The position numbers were made by a program, and so were the translations under genes. A stretch of DNA of 64,000 bases, from contig JACPZA010000029.1 in the NCBI GenBank assembly GCA_016195715.1, positions 30,493-94,492 on the forward strand, in the 5' to 3' direction. A model generated the notes under the pieces. It worked only from the letters and a program-made list of their open reading frames with translations. It made no database searches and was not told where the DNA came from. Every line of letters starts with the position of its first letter. Position 1 is the stretch's first letter. Shown one piece after another: positions 7,945 through 17,731 of the stretch. The DNA comes from Candidatus Daviesbacteria bacterium. Lineage in GTDB: Bacteria > Patescibacteriota > Microgenomatia > Daviesbacterales > UBA10151.

Positions 7945-9801
7945 ATGAGATTGCCCTTAAATAAAACCCAGACATTAATAGATTCATTTAACCTCATCAT
8001 GACATCTAATATATACCGAAGAAAACCCAAAGGTCAAGTAGGAATTCTTAGTTTTTTGATAATTCTGATTTTTTACATTCTAAATTGTACATTGTACATT
8101 CCCTCAGCTCTTGCTATCTATGATCCTTTGTCTGTTCCAAATAATAAGTTTGGAATTCATATTATCTCTGCCACTCCGGAAGAAATTGATCCAGCTTCCA
8201 ATTTAGTTAATTCCAGTGGAGGTGATTGGGGCTATGTAACAGTTTTAATTGAAGCTCAAAATAGAGACGAGAGTAAATGGCGGAAAGTTTTTGATGATTT
8301 TAGAGAAAAACATTTAATCCCTTTAGTTAGAATAGCTAGCGAACCTGATGGTAATAATTGGAAAAGGCCATATGATAAAGAAGAGATCGCATGGGCTGAT
8401 TTTTTAGATAATTTAAATTGGCCAACCAAAAACCGCTATGTAATTATTTATAATGAACCAAATCAGGCTCATGAATGGGGCGGACAAATTGATCCAGCAG
8501 ATTATGCCAAGACTCTAGATAAAACTATTACTGCGCTTAAAGCTAAAAATCCAGATTTTTTTGTAATAAACGCTGGTTTTGATGCTTCAGCTCCCAATAA
8601 ACCACCCAATTTTGAAGAAGAAGCTAATTTTTTACAACAGATGAATGATAGTGTTCCAGGAATTTTTGAAAAACTTGATGGCTTTAGTTCACATTCTTAT
8701 CCAAATCCTAGTTTTGCAGGTTTACCAACAGATACTGGCAAAGGTACAGTTCGAACTTGGGCTTGGGAACAAGAGATCTTAAAAGGCTTAGGTGTTAAAA
8801 AACAACTGCCTATTTTTATAACTGAAACTGGTTGGAAACATGCAGAAGGGGTAGATTATGATAAATCTTTGCCAGATTCAGATGCCATTTCCAGTTATTT
8901 TCAAGAGGCTTTCAAAAATGCTTGGAATGATAAACAAATTGTGGCAGTCACCCCGTTTGTTTTAAGTTATCAAGAAGCTCCATTTGATCACTTTTCTTTT
9001 AAAAAAATTACTGGTGAAAAACAAGTGGAAAAAATTGTCAGCTTAGGGAGCCAAGTTTTAGGAGTAAGTTATCCTGAATATTACCCTCAATTTGATTCAA
9101 TTAAAAATCTATCAAAACAAACTGGTGACCCAATTCAAATAAATAAAGCTCAACTTATTAAAGGGGAAATTTATCCAAGTATTGTAGCAGAAGAAAATTA
9201 CACTATTTCTTTTACTTTTAAAAATATAGGAGAATCTATTTGGAATGATGGAAGCTTAGTTAAATTAATTGTCCTAAAAGGTAAACAAGAGTTATCAATT
9301 AACAATCAAGAAGTTCCTAAAAATTTTAAGGTTAAACCAGGTGAAGAATATACTTTTCATTTAAATATTAAAGCTCCAGCTGATGGCAAATATGATGTAT
9401 CTTTAAATCTTTTTTCTGGGGAGAATCAATTTGAAAATGAACCAATAGAATTTAGCACTCAAGTTAAATCCCCAGTTATTTTACAAATTAAAGCTAGCTT
9501 AAAATGGAAAAACAATCCAGCTGGAAATTATCTATTAACTATTGCTGGACTTACTAAAGATCTAATTAAAACAATAACTTTAAATTCAACTGGTAATTCA
9601 GAAAAACAAGAAGTTAAATATATCCCTCCAGATTTAAGCTATGATTTTACTTTAGAAAAGCCATTTTATAAACCTAAAACCATTCATCAAACTGTAACTT
9701 CTGGAGAAAATACGCTAGACTTTGGAGAGCTGCAACCAGATATTTCTTCTGCGATGTTACATCCTCAAGAGCTTTGGAAGTTACTACCCTGGTCAAATTA
9801 A
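7945..9801 (+). CDS. Membrane-anchored or secreted glycoside hydrolase-like protein (clan GH-A TIM barrel) with C-terminal beta-sandwich (CARDB-like) domains
   Basis: N-terminal transmembrane or signal segment. IYNEPNQ (acid/base Glu in NEP) and FITETGW (nucleophile Glu) are spaced as in GH5/GH39-type enzymes. The C-terminal NYTISFTFKNIGE... has repeated beta-sandwich character. Confidence 0.5.
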   Translation: MRLPLNKTQTLIDSFNLIMTSNIYRRKPKGQVGILSFLIILIFYILNCTLYIPSALAIYDPLSVPNNKFGIHIISATPEEIDPASNLVNSSGGDWGYVTVLIEAQNRDESKWRKVFDDFREKHLIPLVRIASEPDGNNWKRPYDKEEIAWADFLDNLNWPTKNRYVIIYNEPNQAHEWGGQIDPADYAKTLDKTITALKAKNPDFFVINAGFDASAPNKPPNFEEEANFLQQMNDSVPGIFEKLDGFSSHSYPNPSFAGLPTDTGKGTVRTWAWEQEILKGLGVKKQLPIFITETGWKHAEGVDYDKSLPDSDAISSYFQEAFKNAWNDKQIVAVTPFVLSYQEAPFDHFSFKKITGEKQVEKIVSLGSQVLGVSYPEYYPQFDSIKNLSKQTGDPIQINKAQLIKGEIYPSIVAEENYTISFTFKNIGESIWNDGSLVKLIVLKGKQELSINNQEVPKNFKVKPGEEYTFHLNIKAPADGKYDVSLNLFSGENQFENEPIEFSTQVKSPVILQIKASLKWKNNPAGNYLLTIAGLTKDLIKTITLNSTGNSEKQEVKYIPPDLSYDFTLEKPFYKPKTIHQTVTSGENTLDFGELQPDISSAMLHPQELWKLLPWSN

Positions 9802-9813
9802 TTCCACAAAAAA

Positions 9814-9835
9814 AGCCCCTTACGGGACTTTCTTT
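9814..9835 (+). terminator. Putative rho-independent terminator after the glycosidase gene
   Basis: AGCCCC-TTAC-GGGACT hairpin (one mismatch) followed by TTTCTTT. Confidence 0.4.
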
Positions 9836-10011
9836 GAGAAGTTATTTCCTAAGTAATATTTAAAATTGCTCTTAAATATTTTTTACAATATTGCTATTGT
9901 TAAAGAAAATAACTGTATTTACAATACCAAGCATTTACCTACCCTGTCAATAGCACTAAAGCAATCAAAATAGGTCAATATTTCTATAGGATTATAAAGA
10001 CTTTAATGGGT

Positions 10012-10920
10012 TTAAGCTACTTTAATTTTACTTTTTGGATTTCCTTTTAAGTACTCCAAAAAATGAAGTGCCTCTAGACGATAAGCAGCCGCATCTTTTC
10101 TTCTTCTTTCCCGAAAAGTTGCAATTTTAGCTGATGACATTTCGTTTGCTCTTTGAGTTGGAGGATATACAAAGGGTATCTCTACACCTTCGACCTTTTT
10201 TTTATCAAACAATGCCTGAATAATTGGGAAATAATGACCATCAGAATGCATTTCCGGGTTAGGCTTAGCACCTACACGACTTTTTACTGGACTATACATC
10301 TCGTACTTTTTCAAAAATAAAGCAACAATCTCAGGATCATTTCTAAAGAATACTGGTCCAAAAAACCAATCAAAAGATTGATCTTCTCCCATAAGCTCTG
10401 CTCTTTTCATCATCCAGTCATAGGTAGCATTTACCTGCAACTCTGACTCTCTCATATAATCAGGAAAATGCTGTTTGAAGAGCACAGGTTCTCGGCTTGG
10501 GATTACTAAATCTACTCTTTCTCCCCAAAAAGGTCTGGTAATTTTAGCAAGAAACCGAGAAAGATCCTTTTCAGCTTGGAAATATCCGATAACTTTCACA
10601 TCTGGAAGCTCAGCTGCCACTTCAAATGCTCGTCTCCTTTGAGGACCCCTCCCAGCAATATCAGATGTCACTACTGTTAATCCTCCATCTTTAAATCTCT
10701 CAAGCGCTGATAAAAAACTTGGAGCACTTCCTCCATCTGCAGCCACCACACGAACTCCTAAACTTGTTGCATTAGCTATAGCTATAAGGGCCAGATCTCC
10801 CCTTATACCATCTGTATCATCAATTTGTCTTTCTCCTACCAAAGGAGCGTAATCTCTGTAAAGAAAATTTGTTGCAAGCACTATTTGATTCGCCCGAGGA
10901 AGCACCTCTTTCTTAGCCAT
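10012..10920 (-). CDS. Hypothetical protein, possibly GT-A-like glycosyltransferase; higher GC than the surrounding genes
   Basis: VVAADGGSAP resembles the GT2 DDGS motif and TSDIAG could serve as a DxD-like motif. Not conclusive. Confidence 0.35.
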   Translation of the reverse strand: MAKKEVLPRANQIVLATNFLYRDYAPLVGERQIDDTDGIRGDLALIAIANATSLGVRVVAADGGSAPSFLSALERFKDGGLTVVTSDIAGRGPQRRRAFEVAAELPDVKVIGYFQAEKDLSRFLAKITRPFWGERVDLVIPSREPVLFKQHFPDYMRESELQVNATYDWMMKRAELMGEDQSFDWFFGPVFFRNDPEIVALFLKKYEMYSPVKSRVGAKPNPEMHSDGHYFPIIQALFDKKKVEGVEIPFVYPPTQRANEMSSAKIATFRERRRKDAAAYRLEALHFLEYLKGNPKSKIKVA

Positions 10921-10927
10921 AAAGGTG

Positions 10928-10956
10928 ATTATAAATTAAGAGCAAGTAAAATTCAA
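10928..10956 (-). promoter_or_regulatory. Sigma70-like promoter for the 10012-10920 gene: TTGAAT, 17-nt spacer, TATAAT, with a near-leaderless start
   Basis: On the minus strand, TTGAAT is at 10956-10951 and TATAAT at 10933-10928. The ATG at 10920 is 8 nt downstream of the -10. Confidence 0.5.
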
Positions 10957-11010
10957 TGTTATAAGGTGTTTAGTGGAAGATTGCTCTTAGATAAGTTAAA
11001 ATAGCTTACA

Positions 11011-11036
11011 TATGGTGGCTGCAGCGAAACGGGTTA
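11011..11036 (+). repeat. Degenerate copy of the 5' end of tRNA-His (acceptor stem plus D-arm), 155 nt upstream of the intact gene
   Basis: TATGGTGGCTGCAGCGAAACGG aligned to TATGGTGGCTGTAGCTCAACGG gives 11 exact positions, then 9 of the next 15. It is followed by a perfect 10-bp hairpin (11033-11057) and a 7-bp stem GGGTCAA/TTGACCC (11058-11108). Confidence 0.5.
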
Positions 11037-11168
11037 AAGTCGTAAATCGACTTTAACGGGTCAATTACAATTTATCTGCGATAGCAGAAACTTTAGATAA
11101 TTTGACCCAGGAAGAGCGCCGCAGGAAACACGGTAGGCATTTTAAATGAACTGATATTGATAAAGTAT

Positions 11169-11241
11169 GGTGGCTGTAGCTCAACGGTAGAGCGCCTCCC
11201 TGTGGAGGAGGACGTAGAGGGTTCAACTCCCTTCAGCCACC
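11169..11241 (+). tRNA. tRNA-His, anticodon GTG, with encoded G-1
   Basis: Acceptor GTGGCTG/CAGCCAC. Extra G at -1 paired with discriminator C73, which is a histidine identity element. D-arm GCTC/GAGC. Anticodon stem CCTCC/GGAGG with loop CTGTGGA. T-arm GAGGG/CCCTT with TTCAACT loop. Confidence 0.85.
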
Positions 11242-12746
11242 CTCAGTGCATTTTGATTAGTTCGAACGTTAAGAAAAGCTTGATACTCCGGGCTAAACTG
11301 CTGGTTTGATAAGCCCGGATACTGCCATACCAACCCAGTGGGACATATCGAACCAAGAAGTACTCTCTTCTCTCCAGGCTCAGATTTCTCATATGTTTCT
11401 CCTAGATCCTTAAACTTCTCCCTAACAAATTTCTCTGTTTGATCCATGGTATATTTATAAAATGTGTTCTGTCCTAGAACAGCCTCAAAAGCAGTAATTT
11501 TGACTCCTAACTTCTTATTCTGATCCTCAAATATCTCATCTGTATAAACTTTCCTTAAATGGTTTAAAACTAGCTCATCTCGCATTAGCTTTAGTTGTGT
11601 TAGCTGTTCCTCTGCTTGATCTCTTTTTGTTCTTATAGTATTGATGTTTCTAGTAAAAGTATTTCTTAAGACCATTAGAGCAACTTCTATTTGTTCCTCG
11701 GAAGGAGAAATGTTATGTAAAAAGTCAATCAAGCCTGTTTTTAATTTCTCAACCGCTATAGATGAGGCTCCACAGCGATTTTGACAAATATAGTAAGCAT
11801 ATTTCTTTGATCTGCCTTTGCTCCAGCCTCCTGACAGTTGCCCTCCACACTTACCGCATTTGATTGATCTTCTAAGGGGAAAGTCCGGATTATCTTTAAG
11901 CCTTTTGCCAACTGTCATTCCACACCTATTTCTTCCTTCAATAATAGCTTGGACTTTGTAATATTGGTCTTCTGTAATCATGGCATCATGTTGTCCTTGT
12001 ACTTCCTCTGAATACTTAGATGAGGTTAAAATACCCATGTAAAATTTAAGGTGAAATAATCTACTAACTGTTTGCGATCTTAATTTATATTCCTTGCCCC
12101 TCACAGCCTTTCTCATACCCCAATTATTCATAATCCGTGCCATTTCCTCCAAGGATTTAGTGCCTGTTGTCACCAAAGCCCAGGCTTTTTTCATTAGCTC
12201 AAAATTCTTGCCATCTTTTAGTGCATAACCATTTTCAACTCTGTATCCTAGTGGGGCATGTCCTATACAAAGTCCAGATTTAAACCTGGCTCTTAGCCCA
12301 TTTTTGGTTCTTTCTGATCTGACATCATTATCATGTTGGGCAAAGCTTGCCATTATTGTTTCTAATAGTTTATCAGTAGGAGAATTACCTGTAGGCTCAT
12401 TAGCTGAAATTATTGATATTCCATCATCAAAGAGCTTTTTTCTGATAAATAAGTAGTCCTGTGTTTGCCTGGATATTCTATCAATCCTGTAAACAAAAAC
12501 AGCATCAATAAGTCTTCTATTTCTTCTGCAATAATCTAAAAGCTTTAACAGCTCCGGCCTACCAGCTATATTCTTGGCAGATTTCCCCTCTTCCTTAAAA
12601 ATCTCTATAATTTGATAGCCTCTTCTGGTTGCATCTTTGGTACAGATTTCTTCTTGAGTGCTTAAGGAAAAATTCTCGACCTGTTCCTCGCTTGAAACCC
12701 TAAGGTAGATAACAGCGTTTTTAATAGGAGCAGTATTTGGTTCCAT
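11223..12746 (-). CDS. Large serine recombinase (resolvase/invertase catalytic domain, recombinase domain and zinc ribbon); the 3' end overlaps the tRNA-His 3' end by 19 nt
   Basis: The N-terminus AVIYLRVSSEEQ carries the catalytic Ser motif. The recombinase domain is followed by CGKCGG...C...C zinc-ribbon cysteines. 507 aa. The stop codon lies inside the tRNA T-arm. Confidence 0.85.
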   Translation of the reverse strand: MEPNTAPIKNAVIYLRVSSEEQVENFSLSTQEEICTKDATRRGYQIIEIFKEEGKSAKNIAGRPELLKLLDYCRRNRRLIDAVFVYRIDRISRQTQDYLFIRKKLFDDGISIISANEPTGNSPTDKLLETIMASFAQHDNDVRSERTKNGLRARFKSGLCIGHAPLGYRVENGYALKDGKNFELMKKAWALVTTGTKSLEEMARIMNNWGMRKAVRGKEYKLRSQTVSRLFHLKFYMGILTSSKYSEEVQGQHDAMITEDQYYKVQAIIEGRNRCGMTVGKRLKDNPDFPLRRSIKCGKCGGQLSGGWSKGRSKKYAYYICQNRCGASSIAVEKLKTGLIDFLHNISPSEEQIEVALMVLRNTFTRNINTIRTKRDQAEEQLTQLKLMRDELVLNHLRKVYTDEIFEDQNKKLGVKITAFEAVLGQNTFYKYTMDQTEKFVREKFKDLGETYEKSEPGEKRVLLGSICPTGLVWQYPGLSNQQFSPEYQAFLNVRTNQNALRVAEGS

Positions 12747-12748
12747 GG

Positions 12749-13033
12749 CTATAATTTTGCTAGTAATTCTTTTAAGGTCTCTCCACTGAAAATTTCTCTC
12801 TCATATTCCTCAAGCCACTTATTTATTAAGTATTCATATGAGGCAATCACAGTCTTAACATCTTCTAAGGAATATTTGTCTCTTAAAATCTGCTTTGCTC
12901 TTAAAGTTGTATTATTTTCGTGTTCCTGCTCTGGAAACATCTGATGAATGGAATTTGCAAGTATATCTACCCTGGAGTTAATTTGTGGATTTTGTTCTAC
13001 CTTAGTTAAATTAGTCTTAATCAAGTCTTTCAT
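12749..13033 (-). CDS. Small hypothetical protein in an operon with the recombinase (possible accessory or regulatory factor)
   Basis: 94 aa, 2 nt upstream of the recombinase start, same strand. Confidence 0.4.
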   Translation of the reverse strand: MKDLIKTNLTKVEQNPQINSRVDILANSIHQMFPEQEHENNTTLRAKQILRDKYSLEDVKTVIASYEYLINKWLEEYEREIFSGETLKELLAKL

Positions 13034-13060
13034 AGGAGTCTGATGTTAACTGTACATATA

Positions 13061-13109
13061 TAGACAGTATAGTCTACATTTAGACAGTTTGTCAAGAGGA
13101 AACTTGACA
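13061..13109. promoter_or_regulatory. Operator-like repeats in the divergent intergenic region
   Basis: Two direct copies of TAGACAGT (13061-13068 and 13081-13088). Inverted repeat TAGAC-n6-GTCTA (13061-13076). Inverted repeat TGTCAAG-n7-CTTGACA (13089-13109) overlapping a TTGACA -35-like hexamer. Confidence 0.4.
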
Positions 13110-13949
13110 TTTAATTGCCATAGTTATATCTTACGGGATAGACTCCTGTCCCCTAGAAAATCCTGCTCCAGTATCATGAAGCCAAAGTTTTTAGAAGAAA
13201 CATTTCGTCAGCTTGATCATCCTGTAGGATATTTCCCCTTTACTGCTGTTGAGTATTTACAAAAACATCGTTTAACGAAAGAGCTTGAGGATAAAATAGT
13301 TTTTGCTCTAACCCATGTTGACAATACTTCAGGTACTGCTGATTATTATGCATTCGTAGCAGAAGAACATCTCTCTAAAAAATTTATAGAACCTATTGTA
13401 AATCATTTTACAAAAAAGGGTGTTCAGACATATGAGCACTTAGAAGAAGAACTCAACTATCTGTTGCAAAAACTTGCAACAAAATATCCAGATGTGGTGA
13501 TGGAAAAAGTAATGCCAGCACTCGAAAAAGTATTTTATGATGAAGATAATCAAACCTTTTGGCCATATCTATTCGAGGTATTCCAATTTGTTGATAAGAG
13601 AAAATATACTCCTTGGTTTATAAAGGTAATGAAGATGACTTTTGAATTAGATGATACTTTTCTTGACAGAATTATTTATCTTGGGATACCTGAAACAATA
13701 CCTCATATTAGAAAAGTTTTAGATAGTAACAACTGGAATCCTGATGATATAAACATAGAGAAGTTAGAACAAAATTATACAAAACTTGTTAATGGAAAAT
13801 TTCCACAAAACGCTCCAAAACCTTCTCTACTAACAAGAGATAAATGGAAACATTATCTTATGGATGCAGAACGGCATAAGCTTTCCGACAAAGAGGTAGA
13901 GGCATTAAGCAGAATTCCTACTCCAGTTTATATTATAGAAAAAAGTTAA
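13089..13949 (+). CDS. Hypothetical protein; the real start is probably the ATG at 13176 ([10 protein letters not shown]...)
   Basis: The ORF track starts at a TTG that lies inside the operator repeats. An internal ATG at 13176 is more plausible. The stop codon overlaps the start of the truncated ATPase ORF (TAATGG). Confidence 0.4.
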   Translation: MSRGNLTFNCHSYILRDRLLSPRKSCSSIMKPKFLEETFRQLDHPVGYFPFTAVEYLQKHRLTKELEDKIVFALTHVDNTSGTADYYAFVAEEHLSKKFIEPIVNHFTKKGVQTYEHLEEELNYLLQKLATKYPDVVMEKVMPALEKVFYDEDNQTFWPYLFEVFQFVDKRKYTPWFIKVMKMTFELDDTFLDRIIYLGIPETIPHIRKVLDSNNWNPDDINIEKLEQNYTKLVNGKFPQNAPKPSLLTRDKWKHYLMDAERHKLSDKEVEALSRIPTPVYIIEKS

Positions 13950-15502
13950 TGGGACTGCAAGCGAAGACTGCAAGGGTTTTGAGAGATGGTAAAGAGCTGG
14001 ATATTTCAATTGATCAGGTAATAATTGGAGATATTATTAGAGTTAGACCTGGAGAAAAAATTCCGGTTGATGGAATTGTTGAGTCAGGTGAGTCATCAGT
14101 TGATGAATCAATGCTCACGGGTGAGAGCATCCCTGTAGATAAAGCTAAAGGTGATTCTGTAGTTGGAGCAACGATTAATAAGTCTGGCACATTCACATAT
14201 AAAGCTACTAAAGTGGGTTCTGATACTATGTTGGCTCAAATCATTAGATTGGTTCAAGAAGCCCAAGGAAGTAAAGCTCCAATCCAAAGAATTGCTGATT
14301 TAATTTCGTCATATTTTGTTCCAGCAGTTTTAATGTTAGCTATTTTAACTTTTGTTATCTGGTATGACTTTGGTTCAGCTTCTGCACTTCTGTTTGCAAT
14401 ATTAAATACTGTGGCTGTGCTTATTATTGCTTGCCCTTGTGCGATGGGACTTGCAACTCCAACGGCCATTATGGTTGGGACTGGAAAAGGGGCAGAAAAT
14501 GGAATTCTAATTAAAGATGCTGAGAGTTTAGAAACTGCTCATAAAATAAATACGATTATTTTTGACAAAACTGGAACTCTTACTAAAGGAAAACCTGAGG
14601 TTACAGATATTATTACTATTAACAAAATTAACAAGAATGAAGTATTAAAATTAGCTGGATCTATTGAAAAAGGTTCTGAACATTCATTAGCTGAAGCAAT
14701 AGTTCAAGAAGCAGAGGCACAAAAATTGGAATTGGAATCTGTCAGCAAGTTTAAGGCTATTGCTGGTCATGGAGTTGAAGGTGTTGTTGATAGCAAACAG
14801 ATCTTTCTAGGAAACAGAAGGTTGATGGAGAGAGAACAAATCTCCGTAGGTTCTTATATTGATCAGATTGAAAAATTAGAGTCCGAAGGTAAAACTGTAA
14901 TGATGTTAGCAGTTGATGCTAAATTAGCTGGTTTAATTGCAGTTGCAGATACAGTTAAAGAAACTGCCAGGAGCGGTGTCGAAGCTCTCCAGAAATTAGG
15001 AATTGAGGTAGCAATGATCACTGGTGACAATCAAAGAACTGCTCAGGCTATTGCTGGTAAGGTAGGAATTACTAGAGTCTTAGCAGAAGTCTTACCTTAT
15101 CAAAAGGAAGCTGAGGTCAGAAAGGTCCAAGCAGAGGGTAAAAAAGTAGCAATGGTGGGAGATGGTATTAATGATGCTCCTGCCCTAGCTGCTGCTGATA
15201 TAGGTATAGCTATGGGATCAGGTACAGATGTAGCAATTGAAGCTGCGGACATTACCCTAATAAATAAAGATTTACAGTCAGTAGCATCAGCCATTACTCT
15301 TTCCAAAAAGACAATGAGAACAATTAAACTCAACCTGTTTTGGGCATTTGGTTACAATGTGATACTGATACCTGTCGCAATGGGTATTTTATATCCATTC
15401 TTCCATTTATTACTTAATCCCATTTTTGCATCCATAGCTATGGCTTCTAGTTCAATTTCTGTTGTCAGTAATTCCTTACTTCTAAAAAGAATTAAGATCT
15501 AA
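13949..15502 (+). pseudogene. P1B-type (copper or heavy-metal) transporting ATPase lacking about 230 N-terminal residues, consisting of the metal-binding domain(s) and first transmembrane helices. Probable gene remnant
   Basis: Begins in the actuator domain (MLTGESIP at residue ~55). Contains the CPC metal-translocation motif, the DKTGTLT phosphorylation site and GDGINDAP. No HMA domain and no TM1-4. The ORF starts exactly at the stop of the preceding gene. Confidence 0.55.
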
Positions 15503-15514
15503 GCTTGAAAAGTT

Positions 15515-17257
15515 TTAGCCAAAGGTGAATGTATATGCTTCTACACCTGGTGATTGAAACTCCAAATGCAAGAGATGCTCTCCTGGATTATCATGAAGGT
15601 CAACAACACCATATAGCCTATCTACATCAATAGTAATAGTTCCATCTTTAACATCCTGCCCTGCTTGTTTTGGATCGATGAGTTTATTGTCCAAATAAAC
15701 TTTTACTTTAGCGGTTCCGCTAGGATTCGAACCTGGTCGTAGAATGAGATAGACTTTATCAGCATAAAAATCATAATTTAGAACTGCCTTGTCTCCAGTG
15801 ATTGCTGTCTCATTGGTAATATTCCACTGCTCACCATAGCTAAATGAATTAAACTGAGGATTAGAAAGAGTAAAGTTTTGTTGCCCATTTCCTAGTTGAC
15901 CACTGGGATAGTAAAATTGCATCCGTTTTGACCCTAAATAAGTTTCTGGTGAGAGTTGGGTATGTGGTGTTTGATCCTTCATGTTGACGAGTCCAGCACT
16001 TATTGATGCTCCTTTTTCTTTAAGAAGTGCCTGAATAGCTATCTCGGTCTGATCATATTCACCTTCTCCAAAATGGGTTCTTCGGATATTACCCTTAGCA
16101 TCAATTAAATACTCTGCAGGCCAGTATTGATTGTTATAGGCATTCCAGGTTGCGTAGTTGTTATCCTGTGGTACAGGGTAGTGAATATTGTATTGTTTAA
16201 TAGCATTTAGCACATTATTAGCGTCCTTTTCAAATTCAAACTCAGGAGTATGTACACCAATAACTACAAATCCCTGATCTTTATATTTGTCATACCAGGA
16301 AGTCACAAAAGGGAGGCTTCTAATACAATTAATACAGGTGTAGGTCCAAAAATCCACCAATACTACCTTTCCTTTTAAGTCAGATATAGTTAAGGGTTTA
16401 TCAGTGTTAAGCCATTTAGTAATCCCAACAAAATCAGGAGCAGGGGTATTAGTGTTAAATAAACCGCTTGTGTCAACTACACTTTGCGGTGTTGGTTGTT
16501 TTCCCTTTAGCAAGTCAAGCTGCCTCGTAACAACACTATTGCTTTCAAATCCGTTAAGGGTCTGTCCTAATTGCGGGAATGCTTGAAGAAACTTTACCTG
16601 CAGCAGCTTATCGTAATTAAAGTAAATAGCTATTGCAGTAAGAATCATAATGACACCAAAAACCTGTTGAATGCGTCCGGTATAAGGGGAAAGAACACGG
16701 GTACGGGTAATGAAATGCTGTCCTGCATAGGTGAAGATAAAAAGTGGCAGACCAACACCTGTGACATAGGCCAGAGTTACCAAAATAACTCCAATATTAA
16801 TCATTCCTGTGGCAGCAAGCACTGCTATTGATGCCAAAATTGGTCCACCGCATGGAGACCAAACAAGACCAAGTGTTAAACCAGTCAAGAGTCCGGCTTT
16901 AAAATCATTTGTACGCTGTTGGAGACTAACACCAAATAATCCAACCAGTCTACTAAAATACTTTTCAGTAAATAATGTTAGAACTGGAATAATAAGCGAT
17001 AATCCCAAGAATGTAATAACAACAACGGCAAATAGCCTTAAGATATTAGGATCGAAGTGGAAGAGTCTTACCAGATAAGAAACGGATAAGGTAAAAGCAG
17101 CAAAACTTATCATTACCCCAATGGTTACCCCTAAAGCCCGCCGGTGATCTGATCCCTTAACGCTTGAAGATAGAACAATAGGTAGCATGGGCCACATACA
17201 GGGGGTTAAGATGGTGACCAGACCTGCTAAGAACGCAAAACCCAAAAGTAAAATCAT
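15515..17257 (-). CDS. DipZ-like protein: a CcdA/DsbD-type transmembrane thiol-disulfide transporter fused to a thioredoxin (TlpA/ResA-like, CINC) and a C-terminal beta-sandwich domain
   Basis: TM1 has TPCMWPMLP with a Cys. The periplasmic redoxin motif is WTYTCINCIRSLP. The architecture matches mycobacterial DipZ. Confidence 0.7.
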   Translation of the reverse strand: MILLLGFAFLAGLVTILTPCMWPMLPIVLSSSVKGSDHRRALGVTIGVMISFAAFTLSVSYLVRLFHFDPNILRLFAVVVITFLGLSLIIPVLTLFTEKYFSRLVGLFGVSLQQRTNDFKAGLLTGLTLGLVWSPCGGPILASIAVLAATGMINIGVILVTLAYVTGVGLPLFIFTYAGQHFITRTRVLSPYTGRIQQVFGVIMILTAIAIYFNYDKLLQVKFLQAFPQLGQTLNGFESNSVVTRQLDLLKGKQPTPQSVVDTSGLFNTNTPAPDFVGITKWLNTDKPLTISDLKGKVVLVDFWTYTCINCIRSLPFVTSWYDKYKDQGFVVIGVHTPEFEFEKDANNVLNAIKQYNIHYPVPQDNNYATWNAYNNQYWPAEYLIDAKGNIRRTHFGEGEYDQTEIAIQALLKEKGASISAGLVNMKDQTPHTQLSPETYLGSKRMQFYYPSGQLGNGQQNFTLSNPQFNSFSYGEQWNITNETAITGDKAVLNYDFYADKVYLILRPGSNPSGTAKVKVYLDNKLIDPKQAGQDVKDGTITIDVDRLYGVVDLHDNPGEHLLHLEFQSPGVEAYTFTFG

Positions 17258-17298
17258 AAATTTAATCTAGATAATAGTATAGAATATTTTAAATGTAG

Positions 17299-17335
17299 TT
17301 GAACAATCAGATTAATTGTACTACAATCTGTAGTA
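17299..17335 (+). promoter_or_regulatory. Promoter plus BlaI/CopY-type operator: TTGAAC, 17-nt spacer, TACAAT, overlapped by the 7-3-7 inverted repeat TACTACA-atc-TGTAGTA (17319-17335)
   Basis: The TACA/TGTA dyad resembles the cop box and bla operator half-sites. It sits at -20 to -4 relative to the repressor start codon, which implies autoregulation. Confidence 0.5.
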
Positions 17336-17338
17336 GAT

Positions 17339-17731
17339 ATGAATACTAATCAAAGAGTTGGCAAAATTTTAGGTGAGCTGGAATCTGAAATCATGGAAAT
17401 AGTTTGGCAATATTCAGAACCAGTTTCTGTTAGGATAGTTACTGAGAATCTCCAGAAAAAACGCAAGATTGCCTATACCACAATCATGACTATTATGGCT
17501 AGGTTGGTTGATAAAGGCCTACTTAAGAGAAATCAGGCTGGTAAAGCTTATTCTTATCAACCTACCTACTCTAAAGACAAATTTCTAACAAGAATTTCCC
17601 GTCAAATTATTAAAAACTTTATTTCAAGCTTTGGTGATGCTGCCATTGCTCATTTTGCTGGAGAAGTAGAAAAACTTGCGCCTGAGAAACGAAAAGAACT
17701 CCAAAAATTACTTAAGGAGGCTCAGAAATAA
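17339..17731 (+). CDS. BlaI/MecI/CopY-family winged-helix transcriptional repressor
   Basis: 130 aa. N-terminal winged helix (EIMEIVWQYSEPVSVRIV...TIMTIMARLVDKGLLKR) typical of Penicillinase_R. Its stop overlaps the start of the M56 sensor gene (ATAATG). Confidence 0.75.
   Translation: MNTNQRVGKILGELESEIMEIVWQYSEPVSVRIVTENLQKKRKIAYTTIMTIMARLVDKGLLKRNQAGKAYSYQPTYSKDKFLTRISRQIIKNFISSFGDAAIAHFAGEVEKLAPEKRKELQKLLKEAQK

Larger units (their letters stand above)
11223..13949 (-). mobile_element. Integration module (serine recombinase plus two small ORFs) abutting tRNA-His. It is the probable left end of an integrated island whose right boundary I could not define
   Basis: Recombinase and tRNA overlap. 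The gene immediately after 13949 is an N-truncated P-type ATPase. The composition of the recombinase gene differs from the flanks. Confidence 0.4.

Noticed and set aside
7268-8030. Four short overlapping ORFs (7268-7531+, 7537-7731-, 7565-7792+, 7746-8030-) in the polymerase/glycosidase intergenic area
   Set aside because: They overlap each other or the polymerase gene in alternative frames. They have no recognisable motifs and have odd composition. I treat the region as non-coding or decayed, not as four genes.
14014-16831. Antisense and alternate-frame ORFs inside the P-type ATPase and DipZ-like genes (14014-14196-, 14254-14469-, 15100-15333-, 16404-16586+, 16571-16831+, 16809-17078+)
   Set aside because: They are embedded in well-supported longer genes with clear family motifs. 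These are typical shadow ORFs.
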